From Girardia tigrina (taxonomy: Eukaryota): DNA of 64,000 nt. Made by a program: the position numbers and the translations under genes. This document shows, in pieces, positions 10,700-25,661 of this stretch. Location: assembly GCA_001938485.1 (NCBI GenBank), contig MQRK01229930.1, positions 4,441 to 68,440 on the forward strand, written 5' to 3'. How positions within the stretch are numbered: position 1 is the first letter of the stretch; every line of letters starts with the position of its first letter. Below the pieces are notes generated by a model. The model ran no database searches, was not told the origin of the DNA, and saw nothing but the letters and a program-made list of their open reading frames with translations.

Positions 10700-13094
10700 A
10701 TTCAAATCCAGGATGGGGACCCGACTAAGGAGTCACCGATTGAACATAAATTTATCATCAGGCGGCTGTACGTGGTCGCGAATGAGATACATGACGGTCC
10801 ATACTATGTTATTCAAACGCCATCAGGTATCAGTAACAATTATAAGTTAACGACTGGTCCTTTCCCCAACCTTTTACAGTGTTTGGCCTCTTTTAGACAG
10901 CATGAAGAAACCCGCACTGCCTCCGTAAGCATGGAAGCCTCAAACTACAAACATACTTCAATGTACCTAACTTCTCTCCTGATACAAAACTTCAAATCCT
11001 GTGGTGTTTAACCATTACCTTCCCAGTTCACTCCAATATTAGTATACGAGACATTGATTTGTATTATCGAAGAAAGGATTGACTATTCAGGCATTATGGG
11101 AAAACAATGTTACTGTTATTACCGTGGACTCCTGATTCCTCCTACATTTTCCCTTCCCGTAAAGGAACTTTACATTTTCAAACAATATGATTTTAAAAAA
11201 GGTCATGGTTGACCTTTTCTCAAAGTTGCAAGGTACTTTAATGTAAATTCTGTGTCGTGTTCACTCATGAATGCGCTAAAAAAAAGTAGGCAGTCAGCCA
11301 TTAAATCACCTTGTTTTTGAACTCTTTTAGCAATGGAAGAATGCAAGTGAACGTTTCCGAGGATACAAGGTTACAATGTAATATCAAGATTGTTCTGTGA
11401 AGGCATAATTCTTTCTAGAAATCTCTACAAAGTAAAACTGGGTATTATTCATAAAATCAACAAAGGATCCAAAAACAAACTAAGGAAAACCGTGCACACT
11501 TTAAAGTTTAAACCAGTCAGAGGCAATCTTGTTATGAGAGCAAGATGAATTACCTTTACGAGGGCAGAAAGATTCAAGCGCGACTTTCGTAGATGAACCA
11601 GTTGAAAATGATTGTGTATTTCTAGGAATATTGTAATTTCTTTTTCTACACTTCCTGCCTTTCCATGAAAGTTTTATTTCAGCGATCAAAAACAGCTCGA
11701 AGATGAGTCCTGAAACTCAAAATGCTATCATTGAGGTAAGTGGAAATTTCTTCAGGAAAAAAATTGTGGCAATAGTTAACAAATCCCAATGCTTCTCTAT
11801 TCTGGTTGATGAATCATGTGACTGCACTGGAATTGAACAACTATCTCTATCATTTAGATAAGAAATATAATTGCTACTTATTTTTGAGTGTAATTTCTGA
11901 ATGATGTTTTATTTAGGTACGTTCATTAAGACAACGTGGTTGAAGAATTTCTTGGATATTTCCTACTTGAAGATCAATCGGCCGAGGGAATTCCTAACAC
12001 CATAACAACAAAACTAATAAAAGTTGGTATTGATATGAGCTATGTATATAGACAAAGTTACAATCGACCCAGTGTTATAAAATGAAGTGTTACAGGTGTT
12101 GAAAACCGAATTCTCAATATTTATAAAGTCATCTACGTGCATTGTACCAGCCACAATCTCAACCTGGCTCTCATTAAAGCATCATATATATTTTCTCTTC
12201 GCCATATACATGTTAGTGTCCCAAGTGTGAAGATATTTCTCAATCTTTCCAAAAAATCTCTGAGAAGAATAAATTGAAGCTCATTTCTTGGTCTTTAACT
12301 GGATAGATTGAAAATCATGACGCAATCATTTGATTTATTGAACGTTATGAACATGTTGTGGATGCTCTAAAACATTTATTAGAAGACAACATAACCGAAA
12401 CCTCATGGCAAGCAGAAACGTTTATGTCTGCTATAGATAAAAGCTGATTCGTCAAATAATTATTTGTTGCCAAAGATGTAGCTTTGTGAACTATTCTGCT
12501 AGCAAAAAGTCTTACAATCTGAATCTCAAGATCTAGCAGCATTTGTTTCTCAAGCTTAATCAGTTTTGAGCACACTTGATTGATCTCATAAACATAGTCA
12601 AGAATAATTTCATAAAATCTCACTCGCTGATGGACTTTTAGCACAAGTTTTTTTAGATCAAGGTAGAATCACGATTCTCAGGACTACTTAGTGCTCTGTG
12701 TATGGACTATCTCAGCAGTTCCCATTATTAGAAGACTATTATAGGACGATTGTTTACAATGTGTTTCTTGACAACATTCGAAGACTAATTCGTTAAAGGC
12801 TCGTTAATCCCAAGAAGATATTTGCAATATTTGAAGCTATCGGCAAATTATATAAATCCTCTATCAATAAACTGCAATTGCAATAGGAGTTTCGCATTTA
12901 CTAGGAAAAAAGGTTTTAGTGTCTTCCAAAAAACCAGCCTGAGACAGCATTGGAAGCATTTCGTCACTATGATATCCACTTTTTTTCGAAATATTGATAA
13001 ATTTCTACAAATTTTCAGTGTGTGTATGTGTGTTTGAAGGGGTAAGAGTGTGATAATAATATCCAACCAAAATAAAATACTTACTACGCCCCTG
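10700..13094 (+). mobile_element. Decayed hAT (Tip100/ZMYM1/THAP12-type) transposase; two overlapping fragments with 3' TIR
   Basis: QDELPLRGQKDS, SPETQNAIIE, FSILVDESCDCTGIEQLSL, EEFLGY and YVHCTSHNLNL motifs. Probable decayed intron ~11858-11916. TIR-like CTACGCCCCTG ends at 13094. Confidence 0.8.
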
Positions 13095-14291
13095 AAAGTA
13101 CATTTATTTTTAGAGGAATATTATTAAGTGTCTATGAATGTGGTGTATTGAACTCGGAATTAGGATTTTCCAACCCAGATTCGAAATTGGTGTTTCTTTG
13201 TATTTGTGATAACCGATCATTCGAAAAGAATTAAGATTTTAAGCATAAATTTCAAATATAAGCGACCTTTTTCAAAAATTTAAATTGACTTGTTTAATGT
13301 TTCAAATGTTCACATTTTCGAAATTTTACAATTATTTTTCATTAGTTTTTACAATTTATTGAAAAATTTTACAAATCAAAACATGAATGATTCATATTTT
13401 TACACAGTAAATTTCAAAGGAAATTTAAATTAAATAATTTTTGTAGGGTCTAGAAAAAATGAATAATTTAATGTAATGATAATTAAAAGTAATTTCAAAT
13501 ATATTTTAGAAACTTATAGAATCAATTTAAATAATGAATTAAATTACAGATAGTTATATCATATATTAAATCATATATTATCCTAAAAATCTAGGATTTC
13601 AGCAACGAAATATTTCTTACCGAGCCCTACCCCAGCGGAGGTCCCTTGGGAGTCTATAAGTTGTTATTTGCGTTTGTAACTTCAATTTCAGAAATCATTT
13701 TTACTAAAATTAAATATTTTATGCTGTTTTTAATATTGCGTTTCGAAAAACATTTTATAATATTTTATAATATTAATTTTAAAACTACTTAATGAGATCT
13801 GTTTTGATCAACTCATATTTCTACTAAAATAATATTTTAATTCAAATTAATTTATAAAGAATATTTTCTAATTCAAATTTTAAATATTTAGGTATCATTA
13901 ATTTTAAATTAATTTAAAAATTTAAAATGTTGAATTTTATTTTAATTCCAAATAATTTCTAAAATTATTTAAATTTTGATCAGCGGACTAAAAAATAACT
14001 AACTCCTCATATAAATTATTTGATATAACTGATTATTAACAGTAACCTTTTTTGGTAGTCAATGGCCGCAGCTGCGTACGCCAGATTTCGTCCGATAAGT
14101 ACGCGACTTTTTAGCGCCGCCGTTTTGGAACTGCTTTTTTGGCATAGAATTTTTTGAATTGTTTTTTGAAAGAATTTAAAGAATATATTTTTTTGCGCAG
14201 ACATTTTTGAATTTTTTTCGAAAGAATTTTAAGAATATAGTTTTTGGCGCAGAATTTTTTAAAAATAATTTAAAGAAGATAAATATATATA

Positions 14292-14397
14292 TCTATATTA
14301 TAAAAGCCCAAGTCACTCACTGCCTGCTTCACTAACGCTGACGTAATAATTGTTGACGTAATAATAGTATTATTTGTTGAAAAATAAATGTGAAAAA
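14292..14397 (+). mobile_element. Non-autonomous Helitron 5' end (runs into N gap)
   Basis: A|TCTATATTATAAAAGCCCAAGTCACTCACTGCCTGC, nearly identical to the copy at 52896. Confidence 0.7.
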
Positions 14398-14779
14398 NNN
14401 NNNNNNNNNNNNNNNNNNNNNNNNNNNNNNNNNNNNNNNNNNNNNNNNNNNNNNNNNNNNNNNNNNNNNNNNNNNNNNNNNNNNNNNNNNNNNNNNNNNN
14501 NNNNNNNNNNNNNNNNNNNNNNNNNNNNNNNNNNNNNNNNNNNNNNNNNNNNNNNNNNNNNNNNNNNNNNNNNNNNNNNNNNNNNNNNNNNNNNNNNNNN
14601 NNNNNNNNNNNNNNNNNNNNNNNNNNNNNNNNNNNNNNNNNNNNNNNNNNNNNNNNNNNNNNNNNNNNNNNNNNNNNNNNNNNNNNNNNNNNNNNNNNNN
14701 NNNNNNNNNNNNNNNNNNNNNNNNNNNNNNNNNNNNNNNNNNNNNNNNNNNNNNNNNNNNNNNNNNNNNNNNNNNNNNN

Positions 14780-14812
<33 letters not shown>

Positions 14813-15685
14813 ATCTTCTATTGATTTTTTTAATTAAATTAATTAATTGAATATGAAATCTTTAAAAAAATAAGAAAATTCATGTTTGAAATAATTTAAT
14901 AATAATAAGAATATAATGTATAATTTTTTGTAAGTATTGTGAGATATATTTAACAAAATTTATGGAAATTAATAATTAACTTTATAACTAACTGTTTAAA
15001 TAATAAATAACTGTATATTACTAAAAACTCTATAAATTTCTGAAGAATTATTGTGTTGTTAAAATATTTAGAAGTTTGGTACTTGCTTAAAAACTGTTAT
15101 TAAATAAAAATTATAGAACAAAGAAATTCGAGTTTTTCCATAACAAGTATATTTGGATTTATTTTTATTTATTTTAAATTTTAAAACTTTTTATTTTTTA
15201 GTAATTTAAAATGATTAACGATATGATTTCAAAAAGGAAAAAATGAAAATTTCACAAAATGGGTATTGTTATATCTTTGATAAGCTCTGTAAAGATGCGT
15301 GAAATTTTGGCGATGTGAAAGAAAAAAACGAGCGTAAATCAAGCTTTTATACAAATATTTACCATCAGCATTTCAAAATTTTACACCGACATTCTCAGGA
15401 TTCTAATCAAAATTGAAGTCTATAGTAGAATTTCCAACCTTTTGTGCGATCTTCCAATCAATATGGAAATACCCATAATTCTTTTTGAGAGTGATTGAAA
15501 GAATGTCAGAAGCTGTTCAATCGCAAATGCCTAAAAAAGATGTAATTCGAAAAACTATTCAAAGACAAAGAAACAAATTGATAAATGCTCCAACGGTACC
15601 AACATCTCTCTCGTATTTAATAATTCTCAATTCGTACACTATATTTGAACCTTTACCTGGAGAATCGGAAAGATTTTTATTATAT

Positions 15686-16197
15686 TGTGAGGAATATTTT
15701 AAATTTGGTATGTTGAAATTGGTTTGTTGAATTTTGTATATTGAGTTTAGTATTTGGAAATGTTTCTCCCACCCAGATGGAAAATTGATATTTTAGATGT
15801 TCACGATGAATAATTATTATAATTTATATTTTAAAGTACAGCATAAGATATTTAAAAACATTAAAAATATAAAATCTTTATATTAAAATTTAAATAAAAT
15901 AAATAGTTTTAACTAAGTTTTGAATTAATTAAATGTTCTTTCTTTCCATAAAATAATTTTTAAATAAAATTAATATGTAAATCAAAATTAATACTAAAAC
16001 TACAAAATTTAAATTTTAAAAATAAAATCAGAAAATAATGAAAAATTTGTTCGAATAATTGTTTATTAAAAAAACATTAACAAAAAATTATCAATTTAGA
16101 ACGATGTCGAATGACGAGAGTTTTGCTGAGAGTTGTCCAAAAGACAATTCTGATTGTAATGAGAATAAAAGTTTGAAAACCCATGTTGTTCTTAATA
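15686..16197 (+). mobile_element. Solo LTR (copy B) inserted in the MULE transposase
   Basis: TGTGAGG...CTTAATA flanked by 5-bp TSD TATAT. Confidence 0.8.
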
Positions 16198-17261
16198 TAT
16201 ATAATTCGTGATGAAATAATCAAAAAACAGTATTACTATTTTGAAAAGAATCGAATGCCTCGTGGTACACATATATTGACCATCTTTTTGTCGATGGAAC
16301 TTTTAGTTTCGCTTTTCCTTTTTTCACAGGTATTTGTAATTCTTGGGAAAAGATCAAGATATTTTATGCTCTGTTGACAGATAAAACGGAAGAATCGTAT
16401 TGTAAAGTTTTTCAATTTATTTTTTCTACATACTTTGATTTGCGTCCAAATTCGACCAGCTGTGATTTTGAAAAAGATATTTTGAATGCAATGTCTTCTA
16501 TCTACCTAAATGTTCCAATACATGGCTGTCTTTTTCATTTGTCGAGGAACTTGCGTAGATGTATAGCTAAAAACCATCTTTTAGATCTCTATAATACTGA
16601 TATGAAATTTTGGTTATCCACAATGATAGTCTTAGCCTTGGCCTTCGTTCCATTGAAAGATCTCGCTGAATAATTTCAAAGTCTATCTTCCATTATCGAT
16701 AATCGATTGTTTCCCGCCTTACATAGTTAGAAGATAACTATATCGCAATACCTCGTCTAAATGACGCAAGAGTCAATCCAAAATTCAATCCTGAAATTTT
16801 GTCAGTATTTTCTCGGACACTAAATAGAGAGGACCGAATAAACCATTTTTTTCGAAACGGCACATAAGCATCTTCAATCGCAATTCGCAATGGATCATCC
16901 ATCAATTTGGATATTTATCTCTGGATTGAAAAATGTTCAAAAAACAAACGATCAGCTTCACTTGGAGTTTATTCGTGGTGATGGAACGACAGAAAGACGA
17001 ACCAAATATAATAATTTAGACAATAATACTGTGTCAGGATATCACAACAGAGACAGAATGGAATATCCACGAAGAATTGCGTCGAATTTTTCGTTAAATT
17101 AAGTTTCTATTTTAATGATTAATAAACATTAATATCTGTCTTTATTGTAAATTTTAGAATTTTTTATTTATAGTAATTTTAAATTATTCAATTTTTATTG
17201 GATACAGGTCTTTATTAAATTAAAGAAATTCTGCGCCAAGAAAAATATATTCCTCAAATTC

Positions 17262-17460
17262 TGTGGACACCTAGCAGGATGGAAAACAAACCTAGCAAAA
17301 GGCGGACGAGCACCTTGGAGCCAACGGCCAACATACCTGGAGAGGAGATGGGCGCCATCAGGTTCCTTGCCTACTGAGACACTAAAAATATGCAAAACCA
17401 AGCCATAATACTTGTACATAATTGAGTGCATCCACGGTCCAACAGCTACGGTACCAAAAA
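17262..17460 (+). mobile_element. RTE LINE 3' fragment
   Basis: 3' end ATAATTGAGTGCATCCACGGTCCAACAGCT matches the RTE tail at ~53390-53420 (minus strand). It truncates the MULE right end. Confidence 0.6.
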
Positions 17461-18471
17461 ACTTTTTTTTAAATGTCAAGTGAAAAAAATATTGTCCTTT
17501 CAATTTTAAATAATTGAATTTTGTCGACTACAATAAATTTTATTAAACATTCATACCGTTAATATTAATTAAATTCAGAATTTAAAAATAGTAATTTACA
17601 AAAGTTCACAAGAAAGGTTTCGTCCGATTTCCAGTCTCTCTTGATGCTCAGGAATTCGAGAAAGCAAAAACAGTCGAATTTCCGACAATATCGAATTACA
17701 TTCAGTAAAAAACATCAAGATTGCATATTCTCGACGAACAGACATCGAGCAAACACAACACAAATGGAAAAAAGATAGACATTTGGGATAACATACAAAA
17801 ATGGATAATTACATATTATTTTCCCTATATCATGTACCATGTGGCCAAACCAGACAATATTTACACTAATTTATCAACTCCCTCTAGCTGGAATTTCTAA
17901 TTCAGCAAATATGTTAGCAAATCATCCCGAAAATCCAGAAGAATTTGTACTATTTTCCTTAGAATTAAATATTCCCAGAAGAAAAAAAACGTTTACCTCA
18001 CATTTCTCCTCCTTATTCAATCATAACAAGTACTCCAAGACAGAATATTATAAAAAAATATAATAAAAATTAGATGTAAAATTTATTGAAAAATAAATGA
18101 TTTTACTTTATTTAAAGAATGATAATTAAACCTTGTTTTTTTTATTAGGGAAAATTTATGGGATTAATAAAAACAATTAATTAAAAACAAGTTTATTAAA
18201 ATGCCACCTAAAAATGAAATAAATTGCTTTCGCCGGTTACAAATGTTTCGACTTCAAACCACCAAACCGAAAAAAAAGATTTGTGTAAATTCCGATAGTT
18301 ACATTCAATTAATGTTTTTCTAAATTTTATTTATATATTTAATTAAATAATTTCTATGAAATATATATATAAATAATTTAACAACGAGACACAAAATTAA
18401 CGTTAATTAGAAGAAATTTTAGAAATAAAAATATGTGCTATTTATAAAGAAAATAAAAAACAAACGCCATT

Positions 18472-21400
18472 TTGGTAGAAGTAAGTCTGAAAGTCGTGAA
18501 ATTTATAAAAAAGGAATCATTTGGTGATAGAGAATTGCTGATAATTAATAATTGTGAAAATGTTCCAATTACATACGTTAAATTACAGGGCCGACCGAGT
18601 GTAAAAGTTAGAATGGAGAACATAGAAATACTGGAATCGGCGGCAGCGCTGAACGTTATGAGGGAGGGAATATTAAAAAACTTAAATAACATAAGGATGG
18701 AACAGACAAATCAGGGATTGACCGCAGCAAATGGACTACAAATGAATGCCAGAGTAGAAATAGAAACGATAGTAAAGATTGGGAATAAAGCCGAGAAAAT
18801 AAGATTCGTAATAGTGAAAAATTTGAGACCAGAGATGATCGGAATAGAATTGCATTGGAAAGACCGGAATTATCAGGAAACGGAGAGAACTAACATATGT
18901 GAAATTGAAACTAAATTTGGAAAAAAAATCACCAACGAGAATCGCGTTCAAGAGGCATTAAAAGTGATAGATACAAAGCACGATAAAAAACTAGACAAAA
19001 TAATTCACGAATATGGAGGAGTATGTATGGCAAACGATTGGGATATAGATCGTACAAACTTGCTACAACATCGAATAGAGACAACAGGGGGACCCATAAA
19101 CATAAAACCGAGAAAACAGCCGATAAATCTGGAAGACAAACTAGAAGAAGCTACAAAAAAATTGGAGAAAAACGAAATAATAAAACCATGTAATTCTGAA
19201 TGGAACACACCAATAGTCTGCGTTTGGAAAAAGGACAATGACGAAATCAGATTGTGTCTGGATTTCAGACAGTTTAATAGAATCACTAAACACCAAGTAT
19301 TCCACATGTCGAATATACCTGAAATGATGGATAGATTACACGGCACCAAATATTTTAGTTCAATAGAGTTAGGGAATGCGTACTATCAAGTAGCACAAAG
19401 AATCACAGGAAAAGACGGCGTTCTCGACCAAGACAGGACAGTTTTGTTTTAAGCAAATGCCTTTTGACATAGCCTCAACTTCAGGAACATTCCAAGAACT
19501 AATGACAAAAGTGTTAAAACCAATAAAGAAAGGGGTATCAGTTTACTTTGATGACATACTAATAGCAACAAGTACAAAGGAAGAGCATTACAAGATGATA
19601 AGAGAAGTATTTGGGAGGATCCAATAAACATGACTAAGAATATAACCAGCGAAATTTAAGATGTTACGACCGGAAGTAAAATTTCTGGGACATGACTAAT
19701 GGATACAGAAGGATCCAGAAAAAAATTGCAGCGATAGAGAATTTTCAAAGTCCAAATGTATTAAGAATTTGAGAAGTTTTTTGGAATTTGCAGCTATTAT
19801 AGAATGTTTATTAAAGGATATACAAAGAAAGCAAAATTATTAAAAGGAATGTGTTGGTTTAAATAAAGAAAAGTTAATCTGAACAGATGCATTCGAAATA
19901 GTGTTTAAGGACATGAAGGAAGCATTGATAATGGCACCAATACTGAGCTTTCCAGATTTCGAAAAACAATTTATTCTAGATACAGATGCCAGCTTTGACA
20001 GCATAGAGGCGGTACTGTCACAGATTGGTGAGTCGGGAAAAGAGTAAGTAATAGCATATGAATCACATTCAATGTCATTACATGAAAAAGGTTATTGCAT
20101 AACTAGGAAAGAACTTTTGGCAATTTTTTATTTTTGCCAGTATTTCAACCATTATCTGTACGGGAAGAAATTTAAATTTAGAACGGATCATAAAGCTATA
20201 ACGTTCATGTTTCATACAAAGAAACCCTTAACGGATCATTTCCAAAAGTGGATGAATTACTTAAGTAGTTTGGATATCGAAATATAATATAGAAAGGGAG
20301 TGAAGCACGGCAACGCTAATATGTTATCAAGACAGAATTGCGACACATGTACAAAATGCCAAATGGAACAGGCAGAAGCGCGAAATGGAAAAACAAGACG
20401 AGATTATTAGCAATGACTACGAGGAGTCAAGCCAGAGCGGGTATAAAAGAATGGATACCGAAAGATAAAAGGAGCGATCTTATACAAACACATAGATTAT
20501 TGTGCCATGTGGGAGCCGAAAAAGTATACGAATATATGAGGTACAACTTTGACAAGGAAGAAGAAAAGAAAACGGTAAAAGAAGTGGTAGGATCATGCAT
20601 GGAGTGTCAACGAACAAAGATAATAACCCAAAAGACAAAGGAAGAAAACATAAAAATAACAGCGTCAGAAATATTTATGAAAATTTATATAGACATCTGC
20701 AAACCATTCAATGAGACAAAAAGAAAAGAAAGATACATCTCGGGAATAATAGACCCTTTCAGTAAATACGTGAGCTTGACAGCAATTAAAAGACAAGATG
20801 AAGCAACAATAGTACAAATGATATTACAGAAATGGATATTAAAAATTGGAGCACCAAAAGAGATTCACGTAGACTGCGGAAATGTTTCGAAGCGAAAAAA
20901 GTAAAAGAAATGTTGGAAGAAAAAGGTATCGATTTGATTTTCCCTAGCCCATATCACCATAACACAAATGGGATAATTGAAAAGCAGTTTCGGACAATAC
21001 GAGAATTCATTTATGCAAGTTTGAAAGAAAGAAATGCTACAAGTTGGGCAGACATATTACCGGATGTGGAATTTGCTATAAATGCAACGAAATAAAAGAT
21101 GAGATGGTGTAGTCCAGCATAAGTTGTATTTGGGAAGAAAATAGATAACAGCAAAATAAACCGGGAGGATACCAGAAAATAAAAAAACAAGCCTGAGGAA
21201 AATGTAACGCGAAGAATTTATAAGGTTGTCGAAAAGGTCTGGATACAAAAGGAAAATAGAATGAAAGAAGAAGACAAATTCGAGGGCCCGCATGAAATTA
21301 TAGAAAAAATTCACGAAAGAAATTACAAGTTGGAACACAAAAATGGTAGACAAAATATTCGAAATATTGAAAAATTCAAAAATTTTAAAAATGAGGGATG

Positions 21401-21513
21401 ATGTTAAGTTTTTTGGTGAACTTTAAATTTTTGATATTTTTAAAGTAAAAATCATATTTATAGTTGAGATAAGTTACAATAATTTTAGAAAAACAAATTA
21501 AAAAAAATATAGA
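18472..21513 (+). mobile_element. Decayed Ty3/Gypsy pol (protease, RT, RNaseH, integrase) with PPT and start of 3' LTR
   Basis: HRIETTGGPI..SEWNTPIV..RLCLDFRQFN; VYFDDILI; FILDTDAS; RKELLAI..FRTDHKAI; HRLLCH..CMEC; SPYHHNTNGIIEK. Purine tract ~21388-21401, then TG at 21402. Many stops and frameshifts. Confidence 0.92.
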
Positions 21514-21515
21514 TA

Positions 21516-23457
21516 AAGTAGATACCGCTTAAAGAGAATATTTTTGGGACTTGAAAAAATGTTCTCTATAACCGATATTTCTCTTTAACAGATACTTTTT
21601 AAAAAAATATTAAAAAAAACTTTACTAATCAACACATTTATTTTTTAAAAATAAACTCAGTTATTTTTCGCTGCTTGGTTTTTTTCTTGAGTAAAATCTC
21701 CAAATCTGATTCAATTACAATTAAACTTTCTTGTAAATGGTCAGTTTTATCCTCATTTGAATAAAAAAGAACTACTTGTTGTATGCACTCAAATGCTTTA
21801 TGAATGTTGGGAAGCTTAACACATTGATTGTTATCTGACGTATCAGATAGTGACAAATTTAATTCTACTTCCTGTTCATTGACATTTTCTGTTACTAAAT
21901 TTTNNNNNNNNNNNNNNNNNNNNNNNNNNNNNNNNNNNNNNNNNNNNNNNNNNNNNNNNNNNNNNNNNNNNNNNNNNNNNNNNNNNNNNNNNNNNNNNNN
22001 NNNNNNNNNNNNNNNNNNCCGAAACCAGCATGCTTAAAACAATTTTTTATGGTATTACAGCTAACTTTTGACCAAGCCATTTTAACCATGCTAATTGCAT
22101 CAAGAATACTTTAAATTTTTCTTCTGGATAGGAATCATAAAAATGAATCATTTTTGTAACAATTCCTTTTTTATAATACTGCTTAAAAGCATTGATAACC
22201 CCGGCATCTAAAGGCTGTAACTTACTTNNNNNNNNNNNNNNNNNNNNNNNNNNNNNNNNNNNNNNNNNNNNNNNNNNNNNNNNGAGGATGGGAAGAACAA
22301 TTGTCTACTAATAAAATAATATTTCTTCCAATTTTTCTTAATTTAGAATCCCATGACATAATCCAATTTGAAAAAATTGTTGATGTCATCCATGCATTCT
22401 GAATGTTTTTATAATTTAGGGAAGTAATATCAACATTTTTGATTTTTTGATTTTCCAATTATTAATGGAGGCAATTTTTCACCTTCCATACTTGCACAAA
22501 ATAACAAAGTTATCATATCCTTGGATAACTGGCCTCCAACGTACCTTTCTCCTTTAACCTTAATTGTTTTATTTGGCAAAAGCCTATAAAATAATCCCGT
22601 TTCATCTGCATTAAAAATATCTTTGTTACCATAACCTTTTCTAATTTCCGGCCATTCATTTTTAAGCCACGACGCCACCAATTCATTATTTACATCACCA
22701 GCTTCTCCAGAAATCGANNNNNNNNNNNNNNNNNNNNNNNNNNNNNNNNNNNNNNNNNNNNNNNNNNNNNNNNNNNNNNNNNNNNNNNNNNNNNNNNNNN
22801 NNNNNNNNNNNNNNTTTTCAATAAGTAATACACTGTTAATGGGTATCTTTTTAGATCGTTGCAGCAAATACCAATCCCTTAACTGAATATCTAAATCATC
22901 ATAAAAAGATTGTTTCAGTTTCTTGGTTGATGAAAACCTGGAACTAATATTGATAGATCGTTTATATACATATATTTGCCTCAAGTATTTTTTCCCTTTT
23001 CTTGTGACAAATGTTTGATATTGATGAAGGAGATATTTTATATTTTCTGGCCAATGATGCTTGACTTTCTCCTTGCTCAAAAAGTGCTATGATTTCAAAT
23101 GTTTGAGTGTTAGAATTGTTCTGGAACCTGATTTCATTATGGCCTAAAATTTTTAAGTAAAATAATATTTTCAATTAATCAAATAACCTTTAATCAGGTT
23201 AATTTTTAATCAATTACCTTTTTAAAACAAAAATAATTANNNNNNNNGTTTACTGTCTAAAATAAACTGTATTTTGAAAAAAATAAAACCAAAATAAAAA
23301 ATGTTTATTTTAATAAAACATGTTCTCATTAACCGATAATCGGTTAATGAGAACTTTTACACTGAAAATTTGGGGAAAATGCCATTTTTGAACCAAAAAG
23401 TTCTCTTTACCCGATTTTATTCTCTTTAAGCAAGTTCTCTATAAGCGAAATCTACTG
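21516..23457 (-). mobile_element. pogo/Tigger transposon (CENP-B HTH plus DDE_1), with N gaps
   Basis: TIR (C/A)AGTAGATWYCGCTTAWAGAGAA with TA flanks. IFNADETGLFYRLLP, NAWMTSTIF, LLVDNCSSHP and QPLDAGVI motifs. Confidence 0.9.
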
Positions 23458-25661
23458 TATTCTGTTTAAAATGAATGTCTATAATTTAAACTCAAATCAA
23501 AATGAAAATAAATATTTTTACAAAAAATTAATGTTTTAAAATGAAATTGTAAAATAAACAATCATAAGGTTTAATTTTTATTTTTCTTATGCTCCTTCCC
23601 AAATTGTCAACTAAATCTTTTGTTAAAAATATAATTTATTGCATGATTTAAAATTGAGTTGTAAAATAGCGATCATAAAGTTTATTGAAAAGTTTTATTA
23701 AAAAAAATAATTTATTGAATGTTTTAAAATCAAGTTGTAAAATAACAATCATAATGTTTTATTGAAGTTAATTGTCCACTGAAATTCTTATTAAAAACAA
23801 TTTTTAATTGAATGTTTAAAAATTAAAGAAAAAATTATTTAGGAATTGGATTTATACTGATGTCCATTCAAATATTTTTAAAGATCTAAAACTATATTTC
23901 AATTAATAAACATTGTAAAAAATAAAACCAAAACAAAATATGATTTATGCAAAACTTAATAAAATAAAATACACATATATCGATATTATTATTTATATTT
24001 AGAATTTTAAAATCTGGTTTATGTAACTGAAATATTGTTCCTCATAAATTTGTTTGAATAATGAAAGTTGTAATAGAAATAAAGTTTGCGAATAATGACT
24101 CTGGATTTTAATCTCGAACCCAATACATGTGATTGATTATTATACTCTTCTTTTACGCTCCTTCTGTTAATTTAAAATTATTAAAAATATTTTATATTAT
24201 TAATATTTATTTACTAACAAGGCAGTGCATTTATTTAGAAATATAATTTTTATATTGATAACTTCATTTCTTTACAGTTATCAATCCCCACCGAAATTTT
24301 TATGCCATTATTAATTCATTAAATGAAAATATTATATTTATTTTTATACTTAGATAAAAAGTTCGGTAATATATAAAATCAAATTTCAGTGAAATCTACA
24401 AATACAAGCATTACCCCCGTCCTTACTTGAATTATTATTCAGTGCGATTCTTATTTATAAAATATTTTTAAACCTTTAATGTAAATCAAAATCAAAATCA
24501 AATATTTGTAGAAAAATATAAATAAAATTTTTATGAAGTACAGGCACAAAATTCATATATATATATATATATATATATANNNNNNNNNNNNNNNNNNNNN
24601 NNNNNNNNNNNNNNNNNNNNNNNNNNNNNATAAACTGCGCCGACAAAACAGCAAGAAATATAATTTTTGTCGAAATATGAAATTCAAAATTTTATCCACA
24701 AAAAATAAAATACAGAAATAAATTGTGGTTGTCAATTAAAACAAATGTTACTCGTGCAATATAAGTGGATTAGTAATGCAACCCAATTGATCATGGGGAT
24801 TTTTTGCAGGGGAAATTCAAAATTAAAGAAGAAATATCAAATGATTTCTGTCTTTATAATTGAAACTTCTTTTTTTAGAAATATTCCCATTAAAAATATT
24901 CACGTTGAAAATGAATCATTTTTAAAATTTTAATATTAAGAAGAAATATTATTAATATTTATAAAACATATTAAATTAAATTTTCGCTGCTAAAATATTT
25001 AATACTAGTTGTAAAAATTTTCTTTTCTACAAAAGATTTAAATAGTTGCTAATAACAAAATTAGTTTATTAAAATGTAATAATTTTCCCTTCTACAAAAG
25101 ATAACAGAAAAACTTTGTTGGCCAAGTTCAGTTCCGCCCACATAAAGAATAGTTTTAAATTTTTTTTTGATTTACTATCTTATTTTAAGATATAGGAAGG
25201 TTTCTAAAAAGATTTTTTCTAATTAAAATTATTTTAGTTCATAATAATTATATTTTAATAAGGCAAACATTTTTAATTAAAGAAAATTAGAAGAATATAA
25301 AATTGTCACGCCTTAATAAAAACAACTAAGAACAAAAATAAAATTAGAAGAACTAAGATAAAATGTAAATTATTACATTAGGCTATTTAGTTATTTTATA
25401 TAAATTATCTCGTTATTGAATTTTAAATAAATGATAAATTTTAATTTGGAATAAATGTTCAGTTTGAAATTTAAATATAGTTAATTTAATTTAATTTTAA
25501 TTATTTTTTAAATTATGTATCAATTACTTTCGAATTTCTGAAAGATTGCTCGAATTGTAACAAAACCCGAAAACCGTATCATAGAACTTCAAGGAACAAT
25601 TTTTAAGGTTGTAACGCAAAATCTAATTATTTAATTTGACCTACCTTTATCAAAACAACAA

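Larger units (their letters stand above)
14054..17260 (+). mobile_element. MULE transposon (FLYWCH plus MULE transposase), decayed, with nested Helitron and solo LTR
   Basis: NGYCYIFDK..KFWRCERK (FLYWCH), DHLFVDGTF, CDFEKDILNAM..IHGCLFHL, HPSIWIFI. Subterminal GCGCAGAATTT repeats at 14140-14260 recur inverted at ~17225-17260. Confidence 0.85.

Noticed and set aside
13621-13653. 33-nt GC-rich micro-exon candidate with gtaaga donor
   Set aside because: In phase 0, required by the flanking exons, it contains TAG; it is open only in a different phase.
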